64,000 nt of DNA from a virus: positions 1-64,000 of the IMG/VR virus record IMGVR_UViG_3300045996_002431, one strand, 5' to 3'. Positions 49,801 to 58,544 of the stretch are shown here, piece after piece; the first letter of the stretch is position 1, and each line of letters starts with the position of its first letter. A program made the position numbers and the translations under genes. The notes beneath the pieces were generated by a model that worked only from the letters and a program-made list of their open reading frames with translations, was not told where the DNA came from and did not search any database.

Positions 49801-50093
49801 ATTTTAGGCAACTCTTCATTGGCTCTGTCAAAATCTTCAACTGTTGTGGACGGAAGATTCTCAACTTTTTTCGAAGGAGATGCTATGCTTGGTAGCTGGA
49901 AGTTAAATGTATTGAAATCCTTTTTAAAGGATTCTCCGTAGGCCTGTTTTAGATTAGAGTGAACGGTTCTCCTGTAATTAAAATCAGAATTGAGCTTCTC
50001 TCGAAACTCTTCTTCCGTTTTTGTGAAATCATTAGAATAGGCTTGCTTTAGGTTTTGGTAAACCGTCGAAATGTAGTCTTGATTTTCAGGCAT
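40824..50093 (-). CDS. 3089-aa polyvalent ejection/internal virion protein (zincin, ART-like, HDxxGH domain, zeta-toxin-like kinase)
   Basis: HEFGH at 47196-47210; YHYS...FGS...YY at about 46.6-46.75 kb; FRGVHDAFGH at about 45.77 kb; TAGGSGVGKS at about 45.2 kb. Lies downstream of the tail stabilisation gene. Confidence 0.8.
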   Translation of the reverse strand: MPENQDYISTVYQNLKQAYSNDFTKTEEEFREKLNSDFNYRRTVHSNLKQAYGESFKKDFNTFNFQLPSIASPSKKVENLPSTTVEDFDRANEELPKMASDMSRMDYTIDKTNSSMPSETTNMLGGQYRASKAFKDKIDSWQEKQHEQTSREKLSSKDPDIMKSDIQVVSNATARLAGGKAYGPEGAAYGKYLLHLKDNNPEKFNEKYEKLMNYGFDLSDKERHNEFQEALNFNASMAKNDAEVAKARGHEYRIKEYSKVVGQMNQLASEIESYGDPNALSDEKKTELKSKWDSLSQQKEKLDADPKYKDALDSYSDIEKQYDEVLRAQAKIIKDNPSVLKKMKDQADIKRQEELIAGDFKDVTPEDIKSGTFGRAKLYQGRESLSNVWNTVVDNGAGLLETLKDIGDVANSGYSVNDRIIDKLNSFTESTVKATVSETDLFDENGNMRMYRLGPNLAKVGTDMAIMLAPVGRLRQLGETAKLGKYADEAAAVSSQFIFTYDDYKKDAVAHGMSDKEASAYGLAASAATSIMAALSPNEALLNPTTIKGSLQDLAKRYASQGMISLTKKETFNKFISEAVSVIGTSSKEALKEAGQENLESIAEKAVNILANSSARRDPSYRKMDEEISKSEFLSNTILSVALTAPATAIAQSSSSSAITDGATLELLKNYDESQKILSEMKDGGKLSNEAYNRVSATLERTKELYDKIPSSYSDESKSRVIPLLREKASLDESVKRLDENFKFRDEAKLSEVNAQLKAFQEFETADPVKEETEKVGEKKPENTEKKDKPEEQKAPEFEFLTDKEIADLKDGSEVSYVEEGSIKKGIIRYKLNNGTSMVDFSGGKGKNMKIVRDKALVKEPVDLGLEDAEVEALKKQDDYEQQKQQTSSVLKPGNEAWNLAVKNRLGKVFKGTDVSFNQEEFNQAAQASEHENAINSNGFYDPKTNKIYLNPSKVKKDTPVHEFGHIWTDVLLEKNPGAYDKMLELSRQSDFYKEAKSNPNYSHLSDNDIAEESFVQALGKKGVDVFSDMANQNAFTQAMKDMWDTIKNAFGMNDFKFDENTSFTKFVELAAEDLAKNKEIKTSEKQGDQKQQIEKRDLVEESGLRKQMTEDDKGNYVFYHYSSKELKKIDPNKFGSNTQATGRDEQPGVNISMYYTRPDLQESNVPSNYGHIVRIPKGEVYPINRDPLNLYDEAKAMFEKDHPGKAFDPNKQVGYISKLAAEKGFKVTVAEWNIGKTKALRAQTTEALKAEPYNKMVGNVVKYSNEESRNFKPNAKRKDIKFQHDNEIADVARSYANSKRIKDYSIPETVKGLDNENSKKIADAFIAMKHDPQNPEVKAAYEAMATETIDQYKTLTGAGYKFEIFEGEGEPYADSKAMLKDLRDNKHLFVLSTDKEFGNNKISDSQRDENPLLRDSGHKDINGKPLLVNDVFRGVHDAFGHGKLGNGFGPIGEENAWNVHSKMYSESARRAMTTETRGQNSFVNFGPHMRNSEGAIIKKGEEGYLDAKNRPFAEQKIGLLPDWVVQGKKSYENSLTPAEKTIQDKMQKDLEENYEERKTEYLKKNGNIFDTDRARVFSPEYNNNPELLSNATQIPAREFVSKMYKEELQKEAPEGKTNSVIFTAGGSGVGKSRAAENMKLNNQITVDTNLSNFPRAVADIQEAIDHGKRVDIMFTFRDPVNSFTSKEGGVIERAKKVGRTVPYDIATEINRKALKTIIELSEHFKDNKNVSFHYFNNNFKKGEPKPISLEDVKKIKVDFEKAKENIKNEIERQYKSGELEKGSKFPVESLYAGLIGDSKRLQEFIGSGGVEQEGGRGVSERSSGDEKRGKFQFDPESESGRKVRETVAKKLEEGASEEDVVKYFKRKGLSDKMIADIMKSAKKPVQEKQKFMTNEQGSKTEQKTQEQQIKEEENRQSKMVRHSVETKDKIIAIDRIPVEDRVRAVIERVFNNDDAPRTLIAAITKRFGGDYNKALNSKRYSQEEARGLGAEIVNAFENISDAVKFAMSNGDKMDGDIQAAILDNALSAAYSLEQKGIDPELNKNLQAEIIDNIASLGEQSGRRISYYNFMYKMNPQIFAEKQVAAIANVQSKILEKKLGTASESASQRINKFASEAKSVVDDAKSKASSKAANSAYSQPKYNGPVGTKSSKDLNAIREKRNSKLEELKKKFGKNKPGEKFSFEEPNSTPIDAEKLKSIQEVGETFIDEGYLTYNQWSRKMQSALQSAGVEVYGKELQEAWGNLNNKVSQAIKEAYKNASPREVDSLIASQAKDKVKEQSDAIRSILADSNTSQESKDKIKKRLISELGLTNGYAQHIVDTFSSEFENQARKQVRSKLKSIKNKGLISTIKKNNKVAEDRIVNDVLNGTFEGEKLKPAFMEAIGLKEADTAAQDRIRELSIKVASQTENSVMKDKAMRDLYNEMRKYTPTGSWELGTDIYYNSILSGYETHLKNFVLFNAIQTYLNKPVQMMLQKGGLKSGAAYASYTKNVANFMLNEAKGVMLTGTNAFTGKPVAQSSLEQLSKSDSFLGKTLYRYAYLPTRALSAEDAFGTVGLTESKAKQILYNKRVKALQDMGEKVVHDQVMESVNKDLGYTKESIDAATAKAEESLKNYYGEDFDLQAELSGKDAKRRNTIKAEYQREIYRQIVNQRDGEVMSEAIEWSKEALLQNDPTGTMGRFYQGIQGFLNKVPATRVFIPFLKVPMNVANNLIQNAPILNLVRIASPLIHGGYGVRGQFGGGEKMTRDQYMSHVQSAITHTAITAALIALQEGLRDDDDKPFFYITGKNGKSYTDAMAREQAGYDQPYTVYVGGVPLLKYQYTPWMTIFAIPGLLNDLRIENNGSIPEDMGASVTSNVFINYLGLVNDQASMKGVNEVLKAVEEGYDEMIKGGGDKGGKFNEFVSKKSAQIAKTLLVPNIATQTNTDIKALFDQDRIASTSFMDDVIKDMPIVDVVSQQFYGNESKIDVLGRPIKEKFGIAGYQKTGDDEYYKMFVDKHYLPFGYNKRKIKVNIHDDGGVRIETIPLDAKQRYDANKMRGSMLLDYMENNFERLSEMTDSEFESTIKSKISNFDKKVEKQLFSDLETVDE

Positions 50094-50105
50094 GTAGCTT
50101 TATCT

Positions 50106-51866
50106 TTATAAAGGCCCAATAGGCTTGAGTCCGCCTTTGGATTTTGATGAAGATACAGATTTTTTCTGATTTTTGCCAACAGTTTTAGGATTTTCTGTCC
50201 TGTTATATTCATCCACTGCCTTTAGGCGCTCGTTGTCCTGAAGTTTAGCTTGCTTCTGAACATCATTAGCCATATCAGTCAGGTCAAGTTCGCCCTGTTT
50301 TTTATCAGGTTTTGCATAGTGGCCAATAACTTCATTGAGCGGCATAACAACGGTCCTGTTAACCTGATCTTTGCCGGTTTCGCCTTCCTGTGTTTCGGTA
50401 ACGTTGAACATAGCCACCGACTGCATGTTGTAGAATGATGGATTTTTGTTTGTTGTTCCTGGCTTATCAACATCTACAGAACCTACAACCATTCCGCCAA
50501 CATCTTTAGTTTCGTATATAGCCCTTCCATCCTTGTCGACACCGGTCTTAACAGGTAGCTTAAGTCCTTTTTTGTAAACTGGAGCTACACCTATATCTGA
50601 CACTGTTCCGCGAACATAACCATTGCCTGTTACAGCTTTTCCGTCGGTGTATTTTAAGCCTTGGCTTATAGGAACCGATACTACTTTTGACTGATCTGTC
50701 GCGGTTGTTTTGTAAACGTTATTTAAAGTGAAACTGGTCTGAACTTTTTCGTTTCCTGACGTTCCTCTCGATTGCGTACTTATGCCTCGGGCTGTTTCTT
50801 TATTGTTGTACGAATAGGCGTCGTTATTTCCGCCGCTGTTTTCTCGTGGAGCAAATTGGTTTGCGTGAGTCTGAAGCTGGTTCTTCTTGGTATAAGGAAG
50901 CGCCTTTTGGAATCTTGCACGAACCTCTTCTTTTGTGAATGTATTTGTCCCCTTGAATTTGTTTTCGTAAACACTGTCGGCAAGTTCGTTTATTAAATTG
51001 CGATCCTTATTTGTTTCTTCCGTAGTAGTCAGCATGTCATAGATACCCATGTCTTTCTTTGTAGGATCACTTTCAATCACCTGGGCCTTATAGTGCTGCA
51101 GGGCGTCGTTTACTGCCAAGTCAAGATCGTAAGACTGGTTTAATTTAAACGCCTTGGACGTGAAGTTTTGAGCTTCGGGATTAGTTGGGTCGCTTAGTGT
51201 TGCTGCGCCAGCTAAAAACGATTTATAGGCTTCTCTAGTGTCGGGGCTAAAATACATTTTTCCCTCATCCATCTCTTTGCCCATTTGAGCATACTGTTCA
51301 TATGCGGCATCGTTTATTTTCCCGGCAGTCTTAACGTCATTCATCCAGGCCTGGAATCTCGGATCCTTGGACATTGTTTTAATGTCGCCACCGTACATCT
51401 GCTTCCACTTTTCAACTCCGCCAAGATAAATATCATTCATCTCCGGTTGATCAGGAGCGTTTTTTAACTGAGGAACTTTATAAAGATCGTCCTCAAGTTG
51501 TTTGATTTCCTTTGCTTTTGCTTGGGCAGCCAGCGCTAATCGCTGTTCGCGATATGCATTTGGAGTTGTGGCGACCATTGAGTTGTCAACAAAAATAGGA
51601 ATGTTGCCCACGATGCTTCCGCTGTAGGATCCTACGTTTATTGGCTTGTTGTAGCCAAGGTTTACGATATCTCTGCTGTTATTATCCTCGAATGGATTTG
51701 ATCTCTGAGCCTCTACTGGCTGAAATCCTTCAGGGTAATAAGACGATATGTCGTTAACGCTTGGTTGAGGTTCAGAGCCTCTGTTTTGAATACCTCCCAA
51801 GGTCGGAGCCGATGGCGGAGCCGGTGGTTTTGGGCTGTATTCTTCATAATTTTCTACTCCTGGCAT
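50106..51866 (-). CDS. Putative ejection/internal virion protein
   Basis: 586 aa, between the small ejection-like gene and the giant protein. Confidence 0.6.
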   Translation of the reverse strand: MPGVENYEEYSPKPPAPPSAPTLGGIQNRGSEPQPSVNDISSYYPEGFQPVEAQRSNPFEDNNSRDIVNLGYNKPINVGSYSGSIVGNIPIFVDNSMVATTPNAYREQRLALAAQAKAKEIKQLEDDLYKVPQLKNAPDQPEMNDIYLGGVEKWKQMYGGDIKTMSKDPRFQAWMNDVKTAGKINDAAYEQYAQMGKEMDEGKMYFSPDTREAYKSFLAGAATLSDPTNPEAQNFTSKAFKLNQSYDLDLAVNDALQHYKAQVIESDPTKKDMGIYDMLTTTEETNKDRNLINELADSVYENKFKGTNTFTKEEVRARFQKALPYTKKNQLQTHANQFAPRENSGGNNDAYSYNNKETARGISTQSRGTSGNEKVQTSFTLNNVYKTTATDQSKVVSVPISQGLKYTDGKAVTGNGYVRGTVSDIGVAPVYKKGLKLPVKTGVDKDGRAIYETKDVGGMVVGSVDVDKPGTTNKNPSFYNMQSVAMFNVTETQEGETGKDQVNRTVVMPLNEVIGHYAKPDKKQGELDLTDMANDVQKQAKLQDNERLKAVDEYNRTENPKTVGKNQKKSVSSSKSKGGLKPIGPL

Positions 51867-51868
51867 GG

Positions 51869-52597
51869 TTAAGCTGTTGTTGGTGCAAATGATGATAAAT
51901 TTCCGAGCTGGCCGCCTAATCCTTGCGATCCTTCAGCTCCGCCGAAACCGCCCATTAGTCCTGATTGTTTGTTATTTCCAGTCGGGCTCTGCCCGTTGAA
52001 TGATTGTTTGGTTCCGCTTCCGCTTCCGCCACCCATCATTCCAAGTCCTGCTGAGTCTGTGTCGTTTAAGTGATTGATTAAGGCGGTTCCTTGTGCGTGG
52101 GCCTGCTGGCGATAGTTCATGGCTTGAGCTAAGTACTGAGCCCTATCGGCCAGTTGTAACTGCATGCGTCTGTCGGCTATCTTGCTAACGAGGCCACCGG
52201 CCATCTGTGTTAACATATTTTGAGTGTTCTGCGAGTTCGCGAAAACATCCGAATACTGTTGGGCTCCCATCCTGGCAGCTAATAGCATACTGTTAATTGA
52301 GGCCCCAAGATCACCACCGGCAACTTTAGACATCATGTTTTGGGTATTAGCTACCGTCTGATCAGCCTGTCTTTCTCCAGCCGCATATCCAACGCCGGTG
52401 TCAAGATTTTTCCTCTTCATGTTTATTTCATCGAGGAATCCAGCCTCTTGTTGATCAACAAGTGGTGGTTTAGCCGCGTCGGCTTTCTTTTGGTATTTTC
52501 TTGCTTTTAGGAAACTATTACCGGTCTCAAGAGCCATATGAGTGGTCTGAGTTCCGTGTTTAATCCATTGAAGCCAAGGTAAGTTAGGTCCGGCCAT
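51869..52597 (-). CDS. Putative small ejection (pilot) protein
   Basis: A/Q/G/M-rich helical sequence typical of podovirus ejection proteins. Confidence 0.6.
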   Translation of the reverse strand: MAGPNLPWLQWIKHGTQTTHMALETGNSFLKARKYQKKADAAKPPLVDQQEAGFLDEINMKRKNLDTGVGYAAGERQADQTVANTQNMMSKVAGGDLGASINSMLLAARMGAQQYSDVFANSQNTQNMLTQMAGGLVSKIADRRMQLQLADRAQYLAQAMNYRQQAHAQGTALINHLNDTDSAGLGMMGGGSGSGTKQSFNGQSPTGNNKQSGLMGGFGGAEGSQGLGGQLGNLSSFAPTTA

Positions 52598-52626
52598 GAT
52601 ATCAAATTTAAGTGAAATTTATGTGA

Positions 52627-55600
52627 TTACCTAATCTTTTTGTATTGAACTCCCGAATCATGGAGCACAAAATCTTCAGGTAAATCGTGTTTAATTTTAT
52701 AGTAAATAATCCTTCTTTGGAATCTTGGTTCCTTTGAGTCTACGGAAGATAGTAGTCTTGGAACATACTGTTCAAATCCACCGTAATTCTTCAGGTAGTG
52801 TGTGCCTTGAGAAGGGTCAAGAAAACACATGATTGCGCCATCAAGCGTGTCTGTAAATTCTACTCGGGTAGGCTTCTTTGAGCTGTTTATTCTCACCCTT
52901 ATGAATTCTTTATCAACAGCCGGTTCAGGAGCATGGGCCTGCACAGCTTCGAATACGATGTTTCCGCCGTTTATAACGTAACCGTCATTTAGCTTGTAAG
53001 TATCGAGTCCGCGCATGCCATACATGTGGCTTCCGTTTGCAAGGAACTTATCGAATCTGTAGTCGTTATAGCCTGACCATGTTTGTTCCTGTTGATTGAA
53101 TACAAACGTCCTCTTGATATTTCCGTTTTCCGGATCTCCATCAATATGCAGCCAGTATTCCTCGTGCTTACGATCAAACCCGGCTGTTACGTGCGTAGAG
53201 AATCCTGAACGAACTCTTGTAGAGAAGTCGTTAAATATTCTGTAATGGTAGGCATATTCATTCTTTGCGATGTCCTTTACGTTATTATTATAAAGGGCGT
53301 ATGCAGATTCCTTATTAGCCAGGAAAAGCGTGTCTATTCTCGCTTCTCCGTATGTTGCTGATGAGGTTTCCGCGATAGTTCTCCACATCTCGTCAGGAAC
53401 TCCAACGTCTTTGCTTAACCAGTATTCATCACTTATGAAGTTATCGGCCTGCATGTATGCAATTTGACCGGCATTAGCGTCACTCAGCGTGTTCTTATTT
53501 GTGGTTAAAAGACAAATACCACGACTGCATATAGCATAAAGGTTAGTACCGCGGCCAGTATTAGCGTCATAAGCATAGTTGATGCATCCCTGGTTGTCTG
53601 AAATATCTCTGACATTTAATGAAGGGAATGTTTTTAATCCCGGAACATCTTGAGCATTTACCGCTCTTTGTATAGACCAAATAACCCTCGAACAGTACCA
53701 ATTCTGCTCCACAAAACCAACCAGCGGCTTAGAGGTATATATCCTATCATTGAGTGATACTGAATAATCCGCGTTAGATGATGGAAGGAACTTGAATCCG
53801 CCGTAGCCCCATTCATTTTCCTCTCCCGGATAATCAGTGAAGTATTGACAATAAATCTTATTATTGTCGGTGCACATGTTACTGGTTATCTTGTATCGGT
53901 GCGGACGAACAACGTAATGTACGTTCGGGAATGTTTTACCAAAAAATAAATGAGAGGCCGCTCTTGATTCAGAAGGATACATTACCACCCACTGACGAAC
54001 AAAGTCTACCAGTGTTTCGAAAACAGTGTCCTGAACATTGTTCCCGGCTCCGTATGACTTAAGATCCACGAAGTAATTCGAGTTGAACTTATGGCCATGA
54101 TAAGGCATTCCTGAGCACATTAAGAATTGTGCGTTTTCATCAGGATCATTGTCATTACCCGGTGAATATCTATCTATAGGCGAGAATACGTTTTCACCAA
54201 CGAAGTGTTCGCCGGGAAACAAAGCAATAGGGAACCTATTGTCGTATTTTACTTTGATGATACTTCCCGTCTTCGGTATGTAAAAGTCATTGCTGTAAAG
54301 CGAATCAATGATCGAAAATTCAACTCCAAACGTTCTAAACGAATTATCGTAAGAAGTGTAGACGCCTTCGATATTATGAGTTCCGTCGTAATGAAATCCA
54401 TTTATTTGAATGTCGTTTAGAATTGTTGTTAATTGAGTTGCGCTTTTGTATGTTACGTTAAGCCAAACATGATCAACTCCAAATTCGTCCTCAATAAATA
54501 AGTACGTGTTTATGTTTGCAACACCGGCATCAAACTTATTAGGAATACAGTCTTCCCATCTCTCATCAATAAGGTCGTATCTGTTTGGATTTCCATCGGA
54601 CCTTCCTATGATTGAAGTTAATTTCTGATAGTGACCTGTTGGGTAATAATTCGTTGTATTACCCTTTGGCGGCTGTGCTCCGTCGCTGATAATATTGATA
54701 ATATAAAACGGCTCTTTAAATTCTCGAGTAGTCCCATCATCGATATCCCATCCTTCAAGTCCCGCAGCGCCTTGGCTTTGCTTATTGTAGATTGGGCGAT
54801 CTAATTCTATTTGATAATAACCATCCCTTCCTTCTGAAACATAATTAAAACTCTTCAGTCCGAATTTAGTTTCAGCGAAGTCAGGACCGGTATTAACCGG
54901 TAGTGAATTAGGAATAGTGTTGAGATAATTTCCAAACTCTACCTGTCCTGGAGTCTCTGTTGGATTTATTGTTCCATCTTCATCTTGAACGCGAGCATAA
55001 GTGATCATGTCGCAAGAACGATCCATTGCAGGAGGAACTATTTTCTTTACGTTATTGTAAACTTCAGTGAAATATCCTACAGGAGAAATAAGCTGAACCT
55101 TATAGTTAAGTGGATTCGCTTTCATGTCGGCTATGATGGCCGCATCTACAAATCCCATCTGAATGTCTGGAGAGTGGAACCAAAGCTTTGCTGTTTCTTT
55201 GGTTAATCCCTTACTGAAAGTGTATGGAACGATTCCTTTAACAGCAGGGCTCAGGCTGTATATTCCTATTCCCTGACAAACAGTTCTTTTAGCTGATTTG
55301 GTTCTGACTATGGAGAAGGCTTTTGCCCATTCAGGCAAGGAGGCTGTGTTAAGTCCTTTGATTGTGATTCCTCTGCTCCACCAGTTTGGTCCGAATCCTT
55401 GCGGATTGTAGTTTACCCAAGTACCAAGAGATCTCTTGACTTGAATGTTTACCTTCAGATCATGTTCAGTAACATCACCATCACCATCACTTGTTGGATT
55501 AAGAATTCCATATTCCCTTGCCGCGCTTATGATTGGTATGCTTTCGCTACATATGTTTACAAGGGAGTCATTTGTTTTTTGAACAGCATCATTAAGGTCC

Positions 55601-57006
55601 CATATTTCGTGAACCCTATTAATGTTGTTCTGAGTGTCTTTGAGAAGCGGAGCGCCTTGGCCACTTGTCACGCAATAAGCTAGTGATCTTGCCGATAGGG
55701 CCTTTCTGTGATTAGGTACTGTTTGAATGTCCTGCATTTGAGTTGCAGTCATTTCTTTAACGTGCGATGTTCCGCCGGATCCATCTAAAATTACGGCACC
55801 GTAATTATACCTCTCAGCAGACATTAAGTTTCTTCTGTATGTATGATTCCATGGATCAGAATGGCCTGACTTACCGAGAGGCCACATGATTGGAAATCCC
55901 GAAGTGCCATCATTCTCCTGAAGGAATTGAACATTTGAAACATCCATTGATGGATATTTTATGTTCATTAAGACGATGCGCTTGTCGTAATATCGGATTG
56001 ACTTGGCAGCACTGAATGATGAAAATCTTTGAAGGTCTTCAGAATCAGCTAACGTTAGTGGTGTTGAGAATGCATCGGATGGATCAATGAAATCCATGAT
56101 ACCTATTTCACCAGGACTTACCGGTATTTTTGCGATAATTTCAGGAGAAGGAACAAATGATAATCCAGCTCCGCTGTTGTATGCGATTCGTCTTACTTCA
56201 ATATAACTATAGTTGTAAATGTTAGTTATCCTGAATCTGATTTTTATTCCGTATTGAGATTTGAAAGATGGATTGGCTCCGCCGCCATACGTTTTTACGT
56301 AGTCGTACTGTCCTGATGGAGTTCCGTAATTTGCAGGAACATCTATAGGAGGAGTCTCCATTGAAAAGTTTGTGCTGTCTCCTTTTTCAGAAACATATCT
56401 AATAGAGTATGCGTATGATCCATACGGCAATCCGCCGCCACCACCGACATTTATCAGTGAATCAAACACCGGCATGTCAAGAGGGGTCTTGAGCGATATC
56501 TTGTATAGATCAGGATTGAATGCGGCAAAGTATTTGGTTGGATTTCCTACAAGGGAATCAACCATATCTTTTACATTGAATATGTATGGAGCCTGAACGA
56601 AGTCTGTTACATAAACTTCACCGCCCACGCAAGAGTCATTAGTATCTCCCTGTAGCGGATTATTCCATGTGAACCCAAGCCTGCTTGACTTGCAAACTAC
56701 AACGCCATTGACGCGAATAAGAGGATCTTCTATTCCGGCCCTGTCTGCCCAAAACTCCACGATATCCTCGTTTACATTAAAGGCACCAATACAGAAATAA
56801 TTTCCTACGTTGAAGTTTTTCGGATAAATAATAACCTCTCCCTTGATTTTCTCAAGAGCTTTGTCTTTCCCGTTTCCGCCCCTAAGTCTTGCGTTTCGAG
56901 CGTCTACGAATTCATCCTGCGACTGTTGTGTTTCTTTATCGTGGTCAGTGTTAGCGCCGCCGCTGTACGCCTTCATGTGCCACGGATAGTGTTGTAAAAT
57001 AGGCAT
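52627..57006 (-). CDS. Tail stabilisation/muzzle (P22 gp10-like nozzle) protein
   Basis: 1459 aa, beta-rich. N-terminal GG.N.D.D...F.DARNAR; GFDRKHEEYW..TFVFN near the C-terminus. Confidence 0.75.
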   Translation of the reverse strand: MPILQHYPWHMKAYSGGANTDHDKETQQSQDEFVDARNARLRGGNGKDKALEKIKGEVIIYPKNFNVGNYFCIGAFNVNEDIVEFWADRAGIEDPLIRVNGVVVCKSSRLGFTWNNPLQGDTNDSCVGGEVYVTDFVQAPYIFNVKDMVDSLVGNPTKYFAAFNPDLYKISLKTPLDMPVFDSLINVGGGGGLPYGSYAYSIRYVSEKGDSTNFSMETPPIDVPANYGTPSGQYDYVKTYGGGANPSFKSQYGIKIRFRITNIYNYSYIEVRRIAYNSGAGLSFVPSPEIIAKIPVSPGEIGIMDFIDPSDAFSTPLTLADSEDLQRFSSFSAAKSIRYYDKRIVLMNIKYPSMDVSNVQFLQENDGTSGFPIMWPLGKSGHSDPWNHTYRRNLMSAERYNYGAVILDGSGGTSHVKEMTATQMQDIQTVPNHRKALSARSLAYCVTSGQGAPLLKDTQNNINRVHEIWDLNDAVQKTNDSLVNICSESIPIISAAREYGILNPTSDGDGDVTEHDLKVNIQVKRSLGTWVNYNPQGFGPNWWSRGITIKGLNTASLPEWAKAFSIVRTKSAKRTVCQGIGIYSLSPAVKGIVPYTFSKGLTKETAKLWFHSPDIQMGFVDAAIIADMKANPLNYKVQLISPVGYFTEVYNNVKKIVPPAMDRSCDMITYARVQDEDGTINPTETPGQVEFGNYLNTIPNSLPVNTGPDFAETKFGLKSFNYVSEGRDGYYQIELDRPIYNKQSQGAAGLEGWDIDDGTTREFKEPFYIINIISDGAQPPKGNTTNYYPTGHYQKLTSIIGRSDGNPNRYDLIDERWEDCIPNKFDAGVANINTYLFIEDEFGVDHVWLNVTYKSATQLTTILNDIQINGFHYDGTHNIEGVYTSYDNSFRTFGVEFSIIDSLYSNDFYIPKTGSIIKVKYDNRFPIALFPGEHFVGENVFSPIDRYSPGNDNDPDENAQFLMCSGMPYHGHKFNSNYFVDLKSYGAGNNVQDTVFETLVDFVRQWVVMYPSESRAASHLFFGKTFPNVHYVVRPHRYKITSNMCTDNNKIYCQYFTDYPGEENEWGYGGFKFLPSSNADYSVSLNDRIYTSKPLVGFVEQNWYCSRVIWSIQRAVNAQDVPGLKTFPSLNVRDISDNQGCINYAYDANTGRGTNLYAICSRGICLLTTNKNTLSDANAGQIAYMQADNFISDEYWLSKDVGVPDEMWRTIAETSSATYGEARIDTLFLANKESAYALYNNNVKDIAKNEYAYHYRIFNDFSTRVRSGFSTHVTAGFDRKHEEYWLHIDGDPENGNIKRTFVFNQQEQTWSGYNDYRFDKFLANGSHMYGMRGLDTYKLNDGYVINGGNIVFEAVQAHAPEPAVDKEFIRVRINSSKKPTRVEFTDTLDGAIMCFLDPSQGTHYLKNYGGFEQYVPRLLSSVDSKEPRFQRRIIYYKIKHDLPEDFVLHDSGVQYKKIR

Positions 57007-57007
57007 A

Positions 57008-57808
57008 TTACCAGGCTGGTTTTGCTAAATATTCTCTGATGGCTTCGCGTTCGTGGCTACCCATGTTTCTTACTCTTTCTTTGGCTTTATACCAACTTCC
57101 AGTGTAGAATCCGTAATTCTCATGGTAGTTAAGATTCTTTTCGTATGTTCTCCAAACGTTTATCAATTGAGGCTCGTCTTTTAATCTATTCCGGAGTGAT
57201 ATCTCACAAACCCAATCCTTAACGGCCTGTCTGAAGAAATTCGGAATTATCGGCAGCTCTCCGATCTCACACCCGGTTCCATTAATCACCATTGCGATCT
57301 TTTGGAAAGTTCTACACGCAGGGCTCAACATCACTACTCCGTTGTAAACATTGTAGTAGTATGTGTTCTCGTTGCCTGAGTTGTGAAAATTAGAACCGGT
57401 ATTAAGTTGATTGTCGTTTAGAAAATTGCGTCCATTCAAACTTGAATAGAACGGATCATTGTTGGATGCAGTATTCCTTGCCAGGTATCCATTACCTTTA
57501 GTGAAGTAATTTCTTTTTGGCCAAAGATTTCTTTTTGAAGAAATATTGCAAAGATCTCCGTTGAATACGTACAGTTGTTTTATATTGAATGTACCCGCAG
57601 GCAGATCCAAATTAAGATTCTGTGGAACAGCGAAATCCAATACCTTAGTGTTAAATAAAGTATCAAAAGAAAGTTCCTCAAGAGCCTCTTGCATTTGGGA
57701 TATGTACCATCCCTTCGAGTTATGTCGATAGTCTTCGTCACCAACAGATTTTAGTACGTCTGCAAGAATCTCGTCAGGTGTAACAAAACTTTTTCTTGAG
57801 AATTCCAT
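57008..57808 (-). CDS. Tail ring/adaptor protein
   Basis: FVT.DEI..D...ALEEL.FD...LDLP...P.IP...AVKDW pattern; position in module. Confidence 0.65.
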   Translation of the reverse strand: MEFSRKSFVTPDEILADVLKSVGDEDYRHNSKGWYISQMQEALEELSFDTLFNTKVLDFAVPQNLNLDLPAGTFNIKQLYVFNGDLCNISSKRNLWPKRNYFTKGNGYLARNTASNNDPFYSSLNGRNFLNDNQLNTGSNFHNSGNENTYYYNVYNGVVMLSPACRTFQKIAMVINGTGCEIGELPIIPNFFRQAVKDWVCEISLRNRLKDEPQLINVWRTYEKNLNYHENYGFYTGSWYKAKERVRNMGSHEREAIREYLAKPAW

Positions 57809-57812
57809 TTAT

Positions 57813-58544
57813 TTAAGCTTGTTGTGGATTGTTCATGTTTTGATCATTTACGCTGATCAGTTTTTGCGTAGGAACCTCTTGTCCTTTAGTTCCGTCATCT
57901 CCATCATTGGTTCTTTCTGAAGGCACCATGAGAACAAATCTTCCAAGATCAAGAACCTGCTTTTTTAAAACCGGCAGAAGCTCTTCAGGGAAGTCAAACG
58001 GAGCGTCGATATCAATAGACGTAATCGGATCAAAGGTGCTGTATAAGCCTACCTCTAGGCTTTTTACAATAGTGTGTTCTATTCCTAAAAGACCAACATA
58101 ATTACCGGTCCTGTAGAAGTACGGGTTTTTCGGCGACGGTTTTTCGTATTTTGAATAATACAATCTTTCCGCCGGTCTTCCCGCCTTTGTTCTGTTAAAT
58201 CCAATTCCTGAGTAAGCGAGATCGCATTCCGCATTCTTAGCATAAGATACATAAGCTATCCCTTGATCTTTATGAAAGTCGTATATGGATTTTGGTAGTT
58301 CGAAATATTTCCTTCCTTTTACCAAATCAGGAACCGAGTTTGTTGTGGCTGTCAGTACCGGAACTTCCGCGAATATGTGAAGGAATGCTCCTGAATCTCG
58401 CTTTTCGATGTGCTGAGACTTGATTCTGTTCCCAACCATTAATACATAGAAAGCAATTTTAGGAAGAGTGATCTCCCTGTCGTCGCCGGTCTGTTTTAGG
58501 TCGCTCTGAATATCGTAACAGATATGTCGTAAAATATGATTCAT
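57813..58544 (-). CDS. Tail ring/adaptor protein
   Basis: 243 aa, YFELP...D.PFDFPEEL; one of three consecutive similar-sized genes. Confidence 0.6.
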   Translation of the reverse strand: MNHILRHICYDIQSDLKQTGDDREITLPKIAFYVLMVGNRIKSQHIEKRDSGAFLHIFAEVPVLTATTNSVPDLVKGRKYFELPKSIYDFHKDQGIAYVSYAKNAECDLAYSGIGFNRTKAGRPAERLYYSKYEKPSPKNPYFYRTGNYVGLLGIEHTIVKSLEVGLYSTFDPITSIDIDAPFDFPEELLPVLKKQVLDLGRFVLMVPSERTNDGDDGTKGQEVPTQKLISVNDQNMNNPQQA

